From NCBI RefSeq assembly GCF_001194135.2, contig NC_069002.1, forward strand, positions 22,919,044-22,982,709: a stretch of DNA of 63,666 bases, given 5' to 3'. The notes under the pieces are model-generated. The model made no database searches, was not told the DNA's origin, and was given only the letters and a program-made list of their open reading frames with translations. Source of the stretch: Octopus bimaculoides. Lineage: Eukaryota. A program made the translations under genes and the position numbers. Of the stretch, positions 11,657 to 25,232 are shown piece after piece (the first letter of the stretch is position 1; every line of letters starts with the position of its first letter).

Positions 11657-12038
11657 CCACCATAATAATAATAATAATAATAATAATAATATTAATAATA
11701 ATAATAATAATAATATTATGTAGTGTTTGTATCGACAACAGTAGTGATTGTAGTATCACAGTAGGAATAATAGCTACGGCTCAGTTCCTGACAAGGTTGA
11801 CAAGAATTAGTAGTAACATAAAATTAGTAATTTTTGCAGTAGTGATAGTGATGATGATGATGATGATGATGCTGACCATGTGACAGATGTTATTCTCTTC
11901 ATGCATATTAATTAGATGAAACTGATAATTACATTTCACTAATATTAAATACTGTTGATGGTGGGTATACTGTGACTGATTGGATGTCTCTACAGTTTTG
12001 TTGAGGTTGGGAATTTCAAGGGTTTCACTTCTACAGTT

Positions 12039-12073
<35 letters not shown>

Positions 12074-12245
12074 TATCATCATTATCATTGATTATAATGA
12101 CAGTCCAATTCAATCTGCATGATAATGTTTCACAAATTTTCACACTTACTTTATGGGTTAATTAAGATAGTTAATTAAGGGTTGAAGAAGCTGAGGTCTG
12201 AGAGCTGCATCCAGAATTTTGCAGAGCATTGTTCTTTATTTTTCA

Positions 12246-12436
<191 letters not shown>

Positions 12437-12588
12437 GTGAGTATTTTTACTCCAGCTTTCCTTGCTGTCATGGGTTGGACAGGTTGTTATGATCCAAATC
12501 CTTTCCTATCAGGAGTTTATGCTCTTCTAGACAGATGTTTGTACATCTCATCAAACTTGTTACACAAATTAAATCTCTCAGCTGGCTG

Positions 12589-12755
12589 TAGGTGTGGCTG
12601 TGTGGTGAAGTAGTTTGTTTCCCAACCATGAGGTTTTGGGATCAATCCTACTGCATGTGGCACCTTGGGCAAGCGTTTTCTACTATAACCCTGGGCTGAC
12701 CAAAGCCTTGTGAGTGGATTTGATTGACAGAAACTGAAAGAAGCCTGTGTGAATA

Positions 12756-12792
<37 letters not shown>

Positions 12793-13040
12793 ATGCATGT
12801 GAGTGTGTGTGAATCCTTGTCCATGATTGTTGTAAACAAGTGTCACCAACATATAAGCTGTGTATTTTGTTTCAAATCTTCCATGAAAAAACATGTCCAG
12901 TTGAAGGGAAACTTACTTGGAAACAGATGAGGATTGGCACCAATAAGGGCAGCTAGCAGCAGAAAATTTGCCTCAGGGAGTTTCATGAGACCTATGCAGG
13001 CATGGAAAAGTGGATGTTAAAAGGATGGTGATAACAATGA
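12589..13040 (+). mobile_element. Composite SINE: family B head, (TG)n, family C-type tail
   Basis: B head to about 12748, internal dinucleotide tract, then ...GCATGGAAAAGTGGATGTTAAAAGGATGGTGAT tail. Confidence 0.75.
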
Positions 13041-14908
13041 TTACACTGCAGTCTTTTAGAATTTGAACACAACTCATGGACCTTATTATTAGCTTTGAGG
13101 GTCCCCAGAGATTTGTGGGTTCCTTGTTGGAACCATAATTCTCATGTTTTGGTATGAACTAGCTAAGAAGGTAATTCCTCCCAGAAAGGACACTAAGCTG
13201 TCCCACACAATATTACCTGGGCATTTAGTATCTAATTTTAGATGAAATGAGGCCATAGAATTAATTCCTAAACATCATATTTTCCAAGGAATTTTTCTTC
13301 TTTCTAAAATTTAGAGTTGCATGAAAATTTAGAATTTTTTAGTGATTTTTTTGTAGCTGATTATAAAAAAATATTAGAAACTAAGGTTTTTTTCTCTGTC
13401 TCGACCACAAGAAGTTAAACTAGTAATGAAAGGAGTTGTTTTTCTCCTGTATGGTTCCTGTCCTTGGAATAATGTCTTGTTAGAATGTATGATGCAGTGT
13501 GTGGTTTTGCAGTTTCTCATTGTTACCCAAATAGATTTTGGATATACTGTGCAGCACCACCTAAAACTACAAGAAAATACGTGAAGTGGATTTGAACTCA
13601 AATACTTTGAGTTAGTAACTCTGCAGCTATTCTGCTTTTCCTTGAGTGTATCTATAACATGCAGGCCACTGATTGAATATTGGGGAGTAACAGATCCCTA
13701 GGGGCCCAACACAACAAGAAACAGATTGACAAGGTTGATAGAGGAGCAAGATTGAATTACTCTTCCACTCCAAGGCAACCTCGTTTGTTTCGTTATGCAT
13801 GTTGTGAAAATAATTAAGACAATTTATGAATGAGAATTTGAAGAGGTTTCTGTATAATGTGGCAGCTGGATTGAACACACACTCTATTTAGAAAATCAAA
13901 CTTGAAACAGAATGTGCTTTATATATCTGGTGCTTTAAAAAAAGTTGTTTTTAGTCTTTGCAATATCTTTGGACATTTTACATGTTTCTGATGGTTATTT
14001 TGCAAGAACTTGATAAAGGACAACTTACTTTTGATTTTCGTGTAAATTGCTTTCTACCAAGGTTGTTTAGTACTAGAATGTACTTAAGTATTTTGCATCT
14101 TAATAGCTCTTTTTAACTTTCTATACAACCAGACATGAAACGTTTTTAATCTTTTGAAAGATTCAGTAAAAGTTGTGATTCATCAGAAGAACAATGATGT
14201 AAGTTTCCTTGTTAATTTTCTGTTCTTGAAGTAACTGATCGCATTTCTTTTGTATCTAGACAAGATTACGCTATGCTACTTGCTAAAATATAGCGACACA
14301 AGATATTTTAGCAACAGTGTCAGAGATTGCTAGTCTATTGTTCTTATCTACTGTGTTAACACAAAAATAGTTGCGGTTTATAGTTTGCAAATTTCAAACT
14401 CAGAATATATTTCTTTTGAGAAATGTTAATAAGTAATATTCCAGTAACATTCCTAAACAGCTCACTTTGGCATTGGAGGCTTGCACCAACTTCACATTTT
14501 AACAACCTACCCCTCTCTATTCTTATTGGTGAATTCCTGTTTTGTTATCTATAATTAAATGCCTGTTTTGATGTATTTGAAACACACGAAACAAACGAAA
14601 AAGNNNNNNNNNNNNNNNNNNCCCCCCCCCCGAAAAAACCCCCCACAAAAGCAAAAACAGGAGCGAAATGCAAACTATGAGAGTTGAAAATATAGTTTTG
14701 ATGTACTTGGAGGATTATAATGTATTTAGGATAAGTTAGTTCCCATCTTGTAATCTTACATTCCATATCTGTCCATCCAACACCTCCATTTTAAGACTTC
14801 AGTACGAGACATATGAAGAATTTATCAAAGAGGAAAAGCACTAAATAAATAAAGATGTCATAGTAATACACCCCCTCTCTCTCTTTGTATATATATATAT
14901 ATATATAG

Positions 14909-14946
<38 letters not shown>

Positions 14947-15409
14947 GTATACACATATACATACATATGTATTAAATTATATGAGAATTTTGTCAAAGCT
15001 CTGTCACTGCATTTTAAATATACTTTTATATGTATATACACATAGTTGCGTGTGTGTGTGTAAAGATGGAAATGTAGTATATGCAGTAATATATCATCAT
15101 TTATGTGTTCCAAGTAATTAATTTCAAACATAAATAGAATATTGAGTTGAAATAAGAGGCAAGATAATAATAGTATGGCATATCTATGAACTGCTACCCT
15201 TGAGGTTTCAGTATATATGTACATATGTATGTACGTATGTATGTACATATGTATGTGTGTATGTATGTGTGTATGTACATACGCACGTTCGTTCATTTGT
15301 TCGTTCACGCACACACACATATATATGTGAATGGCATGTACATGCACATGTAGATATATATACTTAAACACACACATACACCTAATATATATGAGGGTGT
15401 ATTTCTAAG

Positions 15410-15443
<34 letters not shown>

Positions 15444-15483
15444 TGCACACATACATATATTTCTATATTTCTGACACACCTTC

Positions 15484-15526
15484 ATTGTTTGATGAGCTGG
15501 TTTTGGTGAAACTTCAAAGTCACAAT
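15484..15526 (+). ncRNA. Decayed type I hammerhead (C3 mutated to U)
   Basis: ATTGT-TTGATGA-GCTGGTTTTGGT-GAAA-CTTCAAAG-TC-ACAAT: perfect 5-bp stem I, near-palindromic stem III, GUC site; same family as 30085. Confidence 0.55.
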
Positions 15527-15541
15527 AATTCTCTCTATGTA

Positions 15542-15583
<42 letters not shown>

Positions 15584-15842
15584 CTTTATACTTGTTGATA
15601 TGTGTGTATCATAATTAATTTGGTTCAGAGTGAACTTTCACATTTAGTACTCAATACATTGTGTAAGTATAGAGTGTTATATTAATTTATTTAGAACTTG
15701 GCACAGCGGTAATTTCAACTGACAAAGTATTAACAAGTTCATGTACATATATGTATATGTGTATATACATATGTATGTGTTTATATGTGTGTGTATGTGT
15801 TTGTGTATGTATGCTGTTTTATATATATATATATATATATCA

Positions 15843-16017
15843 TTGTCATCATCATTTAATGTCCATTTTCCATGCTGGCATGGGTTGGATGGTGTGACCA
15901 GAGCTGGAAAGCTGGACTAGGTTTCACTCTGATTTGGCTTGGTTTCTGCAGTTGGATACCCTCCCTAATGCCAACCACTTTATTGAGTTGGCATGGGTGC
16001 TTTTTCCATGGACCAGT

Positions 16018-16018
<1 letters not shown>
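15843..16018 (-). mobile_element. SINE family C tail
   Basis: Similar to 490-660. Confidence 0.75.
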
Positions 16019-16071
<53 letters not shown>

Positions 16072-16743
16072 CAATAAAAAAAAACACATCAATGATAATA
16101 AAAAGGATTATTACAAAGTAGCTTAGCATTACCGTTAATTCCTTTTTATACAGCTTCAAATAGACCTACACATGTTTCTACTGCATCAATTAGTATCAGT
16201 TGAAATTGCAACCTGACTATAATACCCGTGCAGTTTCTTCATGGTCTTCACTTTAATATCCCTTGATTTTACTGTTTAAAATTTTTCATTTATCAACACT
16301 GCATTGTATGATGTAGAGTTGTTTGTTACTTTAGACATGAACTACCTTCAATTCAAGTTTTTCACTTATAGCCTGTTATTTTAAAACATTCTGTTGTTTA
16401 AATGTTAATTGCTCATTAATGCTGAGCAAAGGCGAATTTTCTTACATGTATAGGAATAAAATGCTTTTGATAGTATACAGATTAGTATATTAGTAATGAT
16501 AATAATGTTAGTCAGAAGTGAAGGAATTAATACAGAAAGTTTTTCAAATTTTTCAATGAAATGAAATATAATGGAATGAAAAAGTAAAATAAACTAAACT
16601 ACGTTATTTTAGAATTTTTCATTTATTTCCTTTTATATCATTACATTTTTCTCCTCAGAAAATTTGAATATTTCTATACTTACATATAAATAGGCTAAGG
16701 AACAATTCCATCATTTCTTCTGACCAACCTTATTATTATCACC

Positions 16744-16790
<47 letters not shown>

Positions 16791-17489
16791 GCGCGCGTGC
16801 TTATGTATGTGTGTATTATCCCAACCAACTCTGTCATGCCTGTTATGTTTATATATGGCAGAAATTTTGTTAGGGTTTTCTAACAATGTTCCTTATAACA
16901 AAATATATTCAATCACTGTTATGTCTTCATAACATTAGCGATAGTAATCGCTAATGTAAATTGTTTTTGCAACAGCATTATCAACAGTAGAACATAGTTT
17001 GTACTTTAATCCTATTTATAGTCAGTTGTGGATCACATGTGTAATGTCTCCCACATTATAATGACATAACTCCTACTATTAGTCATATCTTGGAATTTGA
17101 ATTGTTTTTGCATTTCTTTTGGTTGTTAGATATTTTGTTGCCATCCCCTGTTGTCATGGTGATGGAGTTAAGAGAGCTAACACTTCTGCTGATATTGTCA
17201 CTAGTCTCCAGCTTATGGACGTATACACACACCTATAAAGTTTTGTTGGTCTTTGTTAAAGTGGAGTTGTCCAGCATTTTTGTATGAAGAGGCTGTTCTC
17301 TTGAATGGAGTTTTAAACTGTATGACCCTTGCAATGATTGTAGAGAAATAATACTAAAAGAAAAAAAAGAAAAATGCAGTCATTTTGTTGTGAGCAACCA
17401 TCAACCTTTCGAATTTTAAGCAACTCTTGCAGATTTTTATTGTCTTAGATATTATGATGGTCTGTGGCAGACCAATCATGCAGTTATGA

Positions 17490-17965
17490 TTTTTTTAGTC
17501 TAAAGTCCAAGTTGATCCAGATGTGTTGGTATAAATCCTGTCACTCTGATAATCATGGTTATAAACTTGAAAGAATATTCCAAGGACAGGATTTCTAGAT
17601 TTCTCATCATTTCACAGATATCTTGCTTGTCTTGTATTTATCTTGTTACATTGATGTTAAATGGGGGAACTGATTTTTCACATTGCAGCATATTCACATT
17701 TCATAATCCCAAAGTACAATACCAGGTGAAATGTGTTTAGATTAGCTGTTTCTATTCTTAGATTCCATAAATTTTCTCTCGATTCATCTGTCCTAATATG
17801 CCCAGTATTATCTGCTGTTATTTTTCTTTCTCAATTTATCCCATCTCATCCTGGCTACTACATCATGGCTTCTGAGAATGTAGCATGTGGACAACATTTT
17901 AGCTATAATGTTGCTCAGGTTTTCAGTTTTTTGTCTGTGTAACCTTAATTTATTGACAGATGACA
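17490..17965 (-). mobile_element. Decayed RLE-type (R4/NeSL-like) non-LTR retrotransposon C-terminus
   Basis: KLRLHRQKTENLSNIIAK..YILRSHDVVA (decayed CCHC plus RHD), KHISPGIVLWD (RPDIV-like), EMMRNLEIL..FITMIIRVTGFIP; frameshifts and stops. Confidence 0.6.
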
Positions 17966-18413
17966 TTTTCTGCCTTTTGTGTGTGGGATATCTTGGGGTG
18001 TGGGATATCTTGTTCCTGGACTTCATTGTGGTAAACTTCAAAGTGAGAAGTTAAGACATGTTATTCCATGCAAGATCTGTAAGATAGTGTACCTCTTCTG
18101 TGGTGAGGTCCATGGACTACCTTCTCAGTGAAATGCTTTACTTTTTATTATTTTGTTGTGTATATATATGTGTGTGCATGTATATATATTCATATATATA
18201 TGTGAACGTGTGTGCATAGATTGGTATGTATATATGTTTATAGATGGATGTACACACACACACACACACACATCATATGACTGGGCAAATTTTTCAACTG
18301 AGAGAGAATGTGAAAGAGAAATGCATGTGATGAAACAATAATGTTTCAAATAAATAAGCAATAAAAAATACACATAATGAGGTGAGATGTGGGTTAGATT
18401 TATAGTTGATGGG

Positions 18414-18465
<52 letters not shown>

Positions 18466-18598
18466 GTAATAATGATATTAATAATAATAATATTAATAAT
18501 AAGATTTATTAATAATTAGAGGACACATATTCTAGGCAAATTTTTGATTGAAAAATCACCAATAGTAGTAGTTTTGATGGCAATAATAAAAATAATAA

Positions 18599-18799
18599 TG
18601 GTTTCAAATTTTGTCACAAGGGCAGCCATTTTGGGGGAGGGGATGTGTTGATTACATCAACCCCAGTGTTCAACTGGTACTTTATTTATCAACCCTGAAA
18701 GGATTAAAGGCAGAATTTGAACTCAGAACATAAAGACAGACAAAACACCACTAAGCATTTTGCCCATTGTGCTAATGATTCTTCCAGCTCGCAGCCTTA

Positions 18800-18800
<1 letters not shown>
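18599..18800 (-). mobile_element. SINE family A (tail variant ...AAAATTTGAAACCAT)
   Basis: Full-length copy between (AAT)n tracts. Confidence 0.85.
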
Positions 18801-18830
<30 letters not shown>

Positions 18831-18832
<2 letters not shown>

Positions 18833-19046
18833 TCTTTCTATTGGAAGCACAAGGCCTCGAATTTGGGGGTAGGGATTAAGTCGATTACATCGACCCCAGT
18901 GCATAACTGGTACTTATTTAATCGGCCCTGAAAAGATGACAGGCAAAGCTGACCTCGGCAGAATTTGAACTCAGAATGTAGCAGCAGATGAAATACCATT
19001 AAGCATTTTGCCTGGTGTGCTAGTGATTCTGCCATTCACAGCCTTA

Positions 19047-19047
<1 letters not shown>
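18831..19047 (-). mobile_element. SINE family A (tail variant ...TAGAAAGAAT)
   Basis: Full-length copy, head-to-tail with the previous one, within (AAT)n. Confidence 0.9.
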
Positions 19048-19089
<42 letters not shown>

Positions 19090-19272
19090 GTAATAATAAT
19101 ATTAATAATAATAATGATAATAATAATAATGATGATAATAATAATGTTGATGATGATAACAATAAACAATGTTGAAAATGCTAATTATACAACTGATGAT
19201 AATATTTATAATTATAACAAGATACATATTGCTTGATAGCAAGTAATTTATCAAGAATCACAGAAATACAAT

Positions 19273-19308
<36 letters not shown>

Positions 19309-19569
19309 CATGCATGCATGTATACATACGTATATGTATATCTGTGTCCTTGTGTGTATTCACCAACACAAAAGTATAGAATTCATGATAAAAGGTCAAA
19401 ATAAGTTATAATGTACCTTGTTAGCTATATTTTAGGTATAAATACACACACACACACACACACACATGTATGTTGTGTGAATGTAAAATTGTGTATGTGT
19501 TTGTATTTATGCATAAATGTGTGTGTGTGTCTGTGAGTAAATATATATATATATATATGTGTATATTTG

Positions 19570-19608
<39 letters not shown>

Positions 19609-20144
19609 TTGTATATATGTGTATGCCTCTATATGTGTATACCCACACACACACACAGATTTCTTGGCAAGAACAGTGGAATTGTTGCAGGTGACGTTAA
19701 TGGACAGAAAAATTTGGAAAAGAACACAACACCAACAATCAAAAGTAGAATCCAAATTGCACACGCACTTACACATACACACACGCGTGCACACTCATTT
19801 ATATATATACTTATACACATATGTTAAACCTTAAGTTTTGACTACAAAATCTAACACTTAAAACAGACATCAACTTGTAAATATTTAATTTATGCAAATT
19901 ATGGTTCGTCTGCAGTTATTAATTTATCAACTAGAAGAGGAAAAACAACCCAGACATTAAAAAAATGAAAATTTGAATGTAATGTCTTTGTGCCATTTGT
20001 AGTTTATTTCTTCCTTATTGTATAAATTTGAAAGATTTATCCCTCAATTATTGGTTTAATTGCAAAAAATCATTTTTTTTTCATTTGAAAAACCCTCCCA
20101 ATTCAACCATTTACACAAGTAAAAGTCTCCATTTCCTTTATACA

Positions 20145-20357
20145 TTTACTTGTTTTTGTCATTGGACTGTGGCCATGCTGGAGCATCCGCTTTTTTGGAT
20201 GGATATAATCGACTCTATTGATCCCAGTGTTTATTTTATTGGCCCTGGATGGATGAAAGTAGAAAGTGAAGTTTACTTGGCTAGGATGAGAACTCAAGAG
20301 ACATAAATAAACATGACAATGTATTTGGTCTGGCACTCAACTGATTCTGCTATCCAC
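20145..20357 (-). mobile_element. Chimeric SINE: family A head/core with family B tail
   Basis: A-type head and CTTTCATCCATCCAGGGCCAATAAAATAAACACTGGG core, ending in GCTCCAGCATGGCCACAGTCCAATGAC..AACAAGTAAA. Confidence 0.6.
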
Positions 20358-20399
20358 ACTTTCATTTGGTTGTCTTAAACTTGTGTAACCAAAACTTAA

Positions 20400-20795
20400 G
20401 GTTTGCCTGTACATGGTTGTATAAAATATACATGACATTTGTCTATAAAAGACATAATCTTTGCATATAAATGCCTGCGGTAAACATACATAACATTTAC
20501 CTATAAATACCTAATTAAAATATAACATTTGCCTATACATGTCTAGAGAAAACATACATAAGATTTACTTATAAATTCCTGTATAAAAGAGATAGTATTT
20601 GCCTATAAATATCTGTTGAAAACTACACGTAACATTTACCTATATCTACCTATATAAAACATAACAGCTGTCTATACATGTCCATAAAAAACACATACCA
20701 TTTACCTATACATGCCAATATAAAAGATAAATTTGCTTGTACATACCTATATAAATCATATTTAACATTTACTTATACATGTCTATATAAAACAC
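20400..20795. repeat. Degenerate minisatellite, unit about 32-37 bp
   Basis: About 12 units of consensus CATTTRCCTATACATGTCTATATAAAACATAA. Confidence 0.8.
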
Positions 20796-21678
20796 ACTTA
20801 TGAACATTTTAAAAAAAGAGAAAGAAGAGGTTAACTTTTTTTACTGAGCATTTACAATTAAAGAATACACATACATGACAAATTCAATTTGGAACCCCCC
20901 ACCTAAACAAACAGAAGTATGAATGAAATTACATGTCATGTAGAACGAAAAAAAATATGCATGGATAATTAAAAACTCTGGTAATGAAATTTTAATTTCA
21001 TTATTTTTGTTCCTTTTTGCTTCAGTTCCAGTTTATTTGTTTATTTTTTTTGTGTGGAGAAGCATTTCATTTCTTGTATTTCAAACGATGTTTAGGTCAT
21101 TCAGTTGATCTTTGAAATATTCTATTTGTAATTATGTCTCTTGTTGGGAATATTTTAATCAATTATATTATATTTTCTTCTACATTTGGAGACAACAGTT
21201 ATTCTCATTCTTCTTTATTTTTTGGTTGAGTTTTTCATTCTTTTTTTTTGCTGTTTGTTTTCTTCTTCTGTTTTTAAAATAAATGTTTTTTGAAGGAAAT
21301 GATGAGTGCTGTTGGAAAATTATGCATTTTACATACATGTCACATACAGCCTGCAATGTCATTTATTTGTTAATTTTTAATTTTTTTTTTTAAATTGTTA
21401 TTCTCCTTCATGGACTTGAAGAAATGTTTTCGTCGATTACATTGTAATGGTGGCAAAAAAAAGTAGAAAAAAACAAAACTAAAAACCCAAAAGAATTAAG
21501 AAAAAAAATCCAAACAATTTTTCTGATTTGTCCAAACATTTAGTTGTTGCACATGTTTTTAAAAAGTCCACACATACATACTACNNNNNNNNNNNNNNNN
21601 NNNNNNNNNNNNNNNNNNNNNNNNNNNNNNNNNNNNNNNNNNNNNNNNNNNNNNNNNNNNNNNNNNNNNNNNNNNNNN

Positions 21679-21724
<46 letters not shown>

Positions 21725-22677
21725 GCACTTAGACATGCATACAAGCACAAATTCAAAAATGTGTAAGTTCCTAGTTGAACATATATACACACATATATAT
21801 TATGATATATTGTTGGAATAGAAATCAGTTATTATTTTATAGACAGATGTCAAATGTTAAGAGAAACAGTAGCTATCTACACTGGCCCAAAAACAACGCC
21901 AAAAAAAAAAATTCTTTTTTAAAAATCATATATGCTTCTGTGTGTCTTTATGTGTATGAATTCAATATATATATATATGTGTTGATAATGTAGACATACT
22001 TGCATTCAATTATTATTATCATTATTTTAAGCATTGTTATGTCACCAACAAGTCTTTAGATTCACTTAAGCCATTTTCTCTGACTAAATCATTGATTACA
22101 CTCCCCTTCTAACCTTTTCTTCACCTGCACCTCTTAAGCTATTAACAAAATTTTCTCTTTTTTTTTTGTGCTGGAATTTGGTCTATAGCAAGTAAGAGGT
22201 GCCAAACTTCTCAAACAAACATTTCAAGATTGAACAATTTTGAGATAAAGGATTTTATTTTCCTAAAAGTCTGAATATCTGGGATGGGTGTGGTTTGCAG
22301 TTTATTGTATTTTGGGGAAATTTATTTACCTTGACTTTAGAAAGTAATTTTTTCTTATATTTGCATAAAATAGATCTATGGTTATCATCAGGTGTCTTAT
22401 TCTTGGATATGTATATTATATTGAATGGGATTTACATTTTATTATACTTAGTTTAAAAATAAAGCTTTCTAGTTTGAATGGAGTTACAGTCTGGTTCTAC
22501 ATATATATCTAGGAATAAAGTGGCTGATGTGAAGATGAGACTGATCGAAGCCTACTGCTTTACATCAAAACAGATATACACAAGCATGTAAATCTGTTTT
22601 GATATCAAAACAGATAAACATGTTCATATACATGGCTATGATGTGCAGGTTTTGATCAAAACAGCTGAAAGTATATT

Positions 22678-22900
22678 GGTTTCTGACATAAGCACAAGGC
22701 CTTATATTTTAGAAGAAAAGATATGGTCTGTTATATTGACCCCACCCCCTTAACGTGACTAGTACTATTTTTTATCAATCCCAGAAGAATGTAAGACAAA
22801 GTTGATCCTAGCAGAATTTGAACTTAGAACCTAGAGAACCATAACAAAATACCACAAGGTATTTTGTTTGATACTTTTACAAATCTGCCAGCCCACTGTC
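22678..22900 (-). mobile_element. SINE family A, diverged
   Basis: Tail, core and AATTTGAACTTAGAAC B-box complement. Confidence 0.65.
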
Positions 22901-23603
22901 ACAAAACCTTTCATCTGTACAAATGAGATAAACAGATTAAGTATAATATCTAACTGTCTCATTAATCACATTACTGTAATTAACTAAATGTATCTATCTG
23001 TAATTAACCAGTTATAATATTTATATGTCCCACTCACTGCATTAATGCAATTAGATTAATTACTTAATGAGGTTTCTCAATCAGTGGTGTGTTCAACAAT
23101 ACAGAAGTTGCCTATTGGCTTCAGGTAGAAGAGGAATAGAGCCACCTGATTTCTGATGATGAGAAAATTGGTAATCTACTTTATAAACTTCAGGGGAAAG
23201 AAAAGGAATGGAAGTAGTGACATGCATGCCATTCCCAAGAAGAGCATTAATTGTGTGCGTGAAAAAAAGGAAGAAAGGAAGAAAAGAATGTATGAGAGTA
23301 GAGATGAAGGCTTGGTCAGGGGTGAGATGATGTCTTGCTGGGAGTTTATTGATTAAGTCAATTGTGCATGTTGATTCTATTTTAAATACTTTTCACAGAC
23401 TTTATCAAAGCTTTGAAGTTTAAGAATTTATTAATAATACCCCCACCGCCTCACATTTTTATTTCAATTTTTTTTCCTTTTTGTGTTTTATTCTAATAAT
23501 TTTTTTTCTTTTATTATTATTATTTATCTCTATTCTAATTAAGAAGCTTATTACAGCATACTTTATCACAGCCGAAATATCACAATAGAGCCATGACTAA
23601 CTA

Positions 23604-23652
<49 letters not shown>

Positions 23653-23664
23653 ATAATTATAATG

Positions 23665-23715
<51 letters not shown>

Positions 23716-24013
23716 CAAAGAGAAGCAAACCACTGTAACATGGAGCATTTTACTTTTTCTTTTTTCTATCATTTACATGGTTATTCCAAGTTTGGATAAA
23801 ATAAGGATTTCTAATTTTGACATAATGCTACGAATATGTAAAGAATGTTTATAATTGGTTGAATCCAATCCAGAATGTGCAAAGCCAGCAGTAATTCTAT
23901 CAAAGTATGGAAGGGTGAAAGGCAGTCGACCATTGGTTGGTCTTGTACTCAGTATCGTCAAAGAACATTGGTAAATATCGCAATGTGTTTCACCTGATAC
24001 TCCAACACTTTTG

Positions 24014-24059
<46 letters not shown>

Positions 24060-24184
24060 TCAACACGTGATTTATAATATCTTTCATTGGCTATAATCGA
24101 ATGAATTGTTTGTGGTATCTGAGTTGAACTTAAATCATTGTTGAACTGTTTCATAAATAAATAATTATAGTAATAATAATAATA

Positions 24185-24400
24185 ATCCTTGCTACTAAAG
24201 CTGCAAGACCTGAAATGTTTGGGTAGGAAACTGGTTGGTTACATCAACTCCCAGTGCTTCACTGGTGCTTAATTTATCGACCCTGAAAGGATGAAAGGCA
24301 AAGTCAGCTTTGGCAGAATTTGAACTCAGAATGTAAAGATGGATGAAGTGCTGCTAAGCATTTTTGCCTGGCATGTTAACAACTTTACCAGCTCACTGCC
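24185..24400 (-). mobile_element. SINE family A
   Basis: Full-length copy in (AAT)n. Confidence 0.9.
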
Positions 24401-24440
24401 ATAATAATATTAACAATAATGATAATAATAATAATAATGA

Positions 24441-24678
24441 GAATACTAAAAATGAACCTGACTACTCAAAAATTTAAGTGAAAAAACAGGAAAAAGAATC
24501 CAGAATCCTTGTCCAGTACCGGATCGATCCTAAAATCTAATCAGTTCATGCCAGTCAGGAGGCCAAACATCCCTGAAAGTTTCATCTGAATCCATCCAGT
24601 GGTTCTTGAGATATCTTGTCCATCGACAAACAAACGCGACTGTAAACAATGCCTCTGCCTTCGCTAAGGCAGAGGTAA
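24441..24678. mobile_element. Helentron/HINE-like non-autonomous element
   Basis: Terminal perfect hairpin CCTCTGCCTT-CGCT-AAGGCAGAGG (24652-24675) next to TAA; internal AAAGTTTCATCTGAATCCATCCAGTGG..GACAAACAAAC resembles HINE-type cores (from memory). Confidence 0.55.
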
Positions 24679-24713
24679 TAATAATGATAATAATAATAAT
24701 GATAATAATAATA

Positions 24714-24757
<44 letters not shown>

Positions 24758-24759
<2 letters not shown>

Positions 24760-24962
24760 ATCTTTCTATTATAGGCACAAAGCCTGAAATTCTGGGGAAG
24801 GGTACTAGTCAGTTACATCAGCCCTAGTGCACAACTGGTACTTACATTATTGACTCTGAAAGGTTGAAAGGGAAAGTTGAATTTGGACCGAAAATGTAAA
24901 GATGGCCGAAATGCCACTTCACAAGTTATCTAGTGTGTTAAGGTTTCTGCCAGCTGGCTGCT

Positions 24963-24964
<2 letters not shown>
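24758..24964 (-). mobile_element. SINE family A
   Basis: Copy with an internal deletion, in (AAT)n. Confidence 0.8.
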
Positions 24965-25016
<52 letters not shown>

Positions 25017-25028
25017 GTGATGATGATG

Positions 25029-25232
25029 ATGGTTTCAAATTTTGGCACTTGGCCAACAGTTTCAGGGGAGAGGTAAGTTGATTATATCGACCCCAGTGTT
25101 CAACTGGTACTTATTTTATCAACCCTGAGATGATGATAAAGCCAACATCAGCAGAATTTGAACTCAGAGCATGAAGACAGATGAAATACCACTAAGCATT
25201 TTGCCCAGCATGCTACTGATTCTGCCAGCTCG
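25029..25232 (-). mobile_element. SINE family A
   Basis: Near full length, AAATTTGAAACCAT tail. Confidence 0.85.

Noticed and set aside
20400-20795. Regularly spaced repeats as a possible CRISPR-like array
   Set aside because: The units are contiguous and degenerate with no unique spacers, in eukaryotic context with no cas genes.
23773-24087. 104-aa minus-strand ORF with about 80 non-repetitive codons
   Set aside because: No recognisable motif or convincing splice context; the length is plausible by chance.
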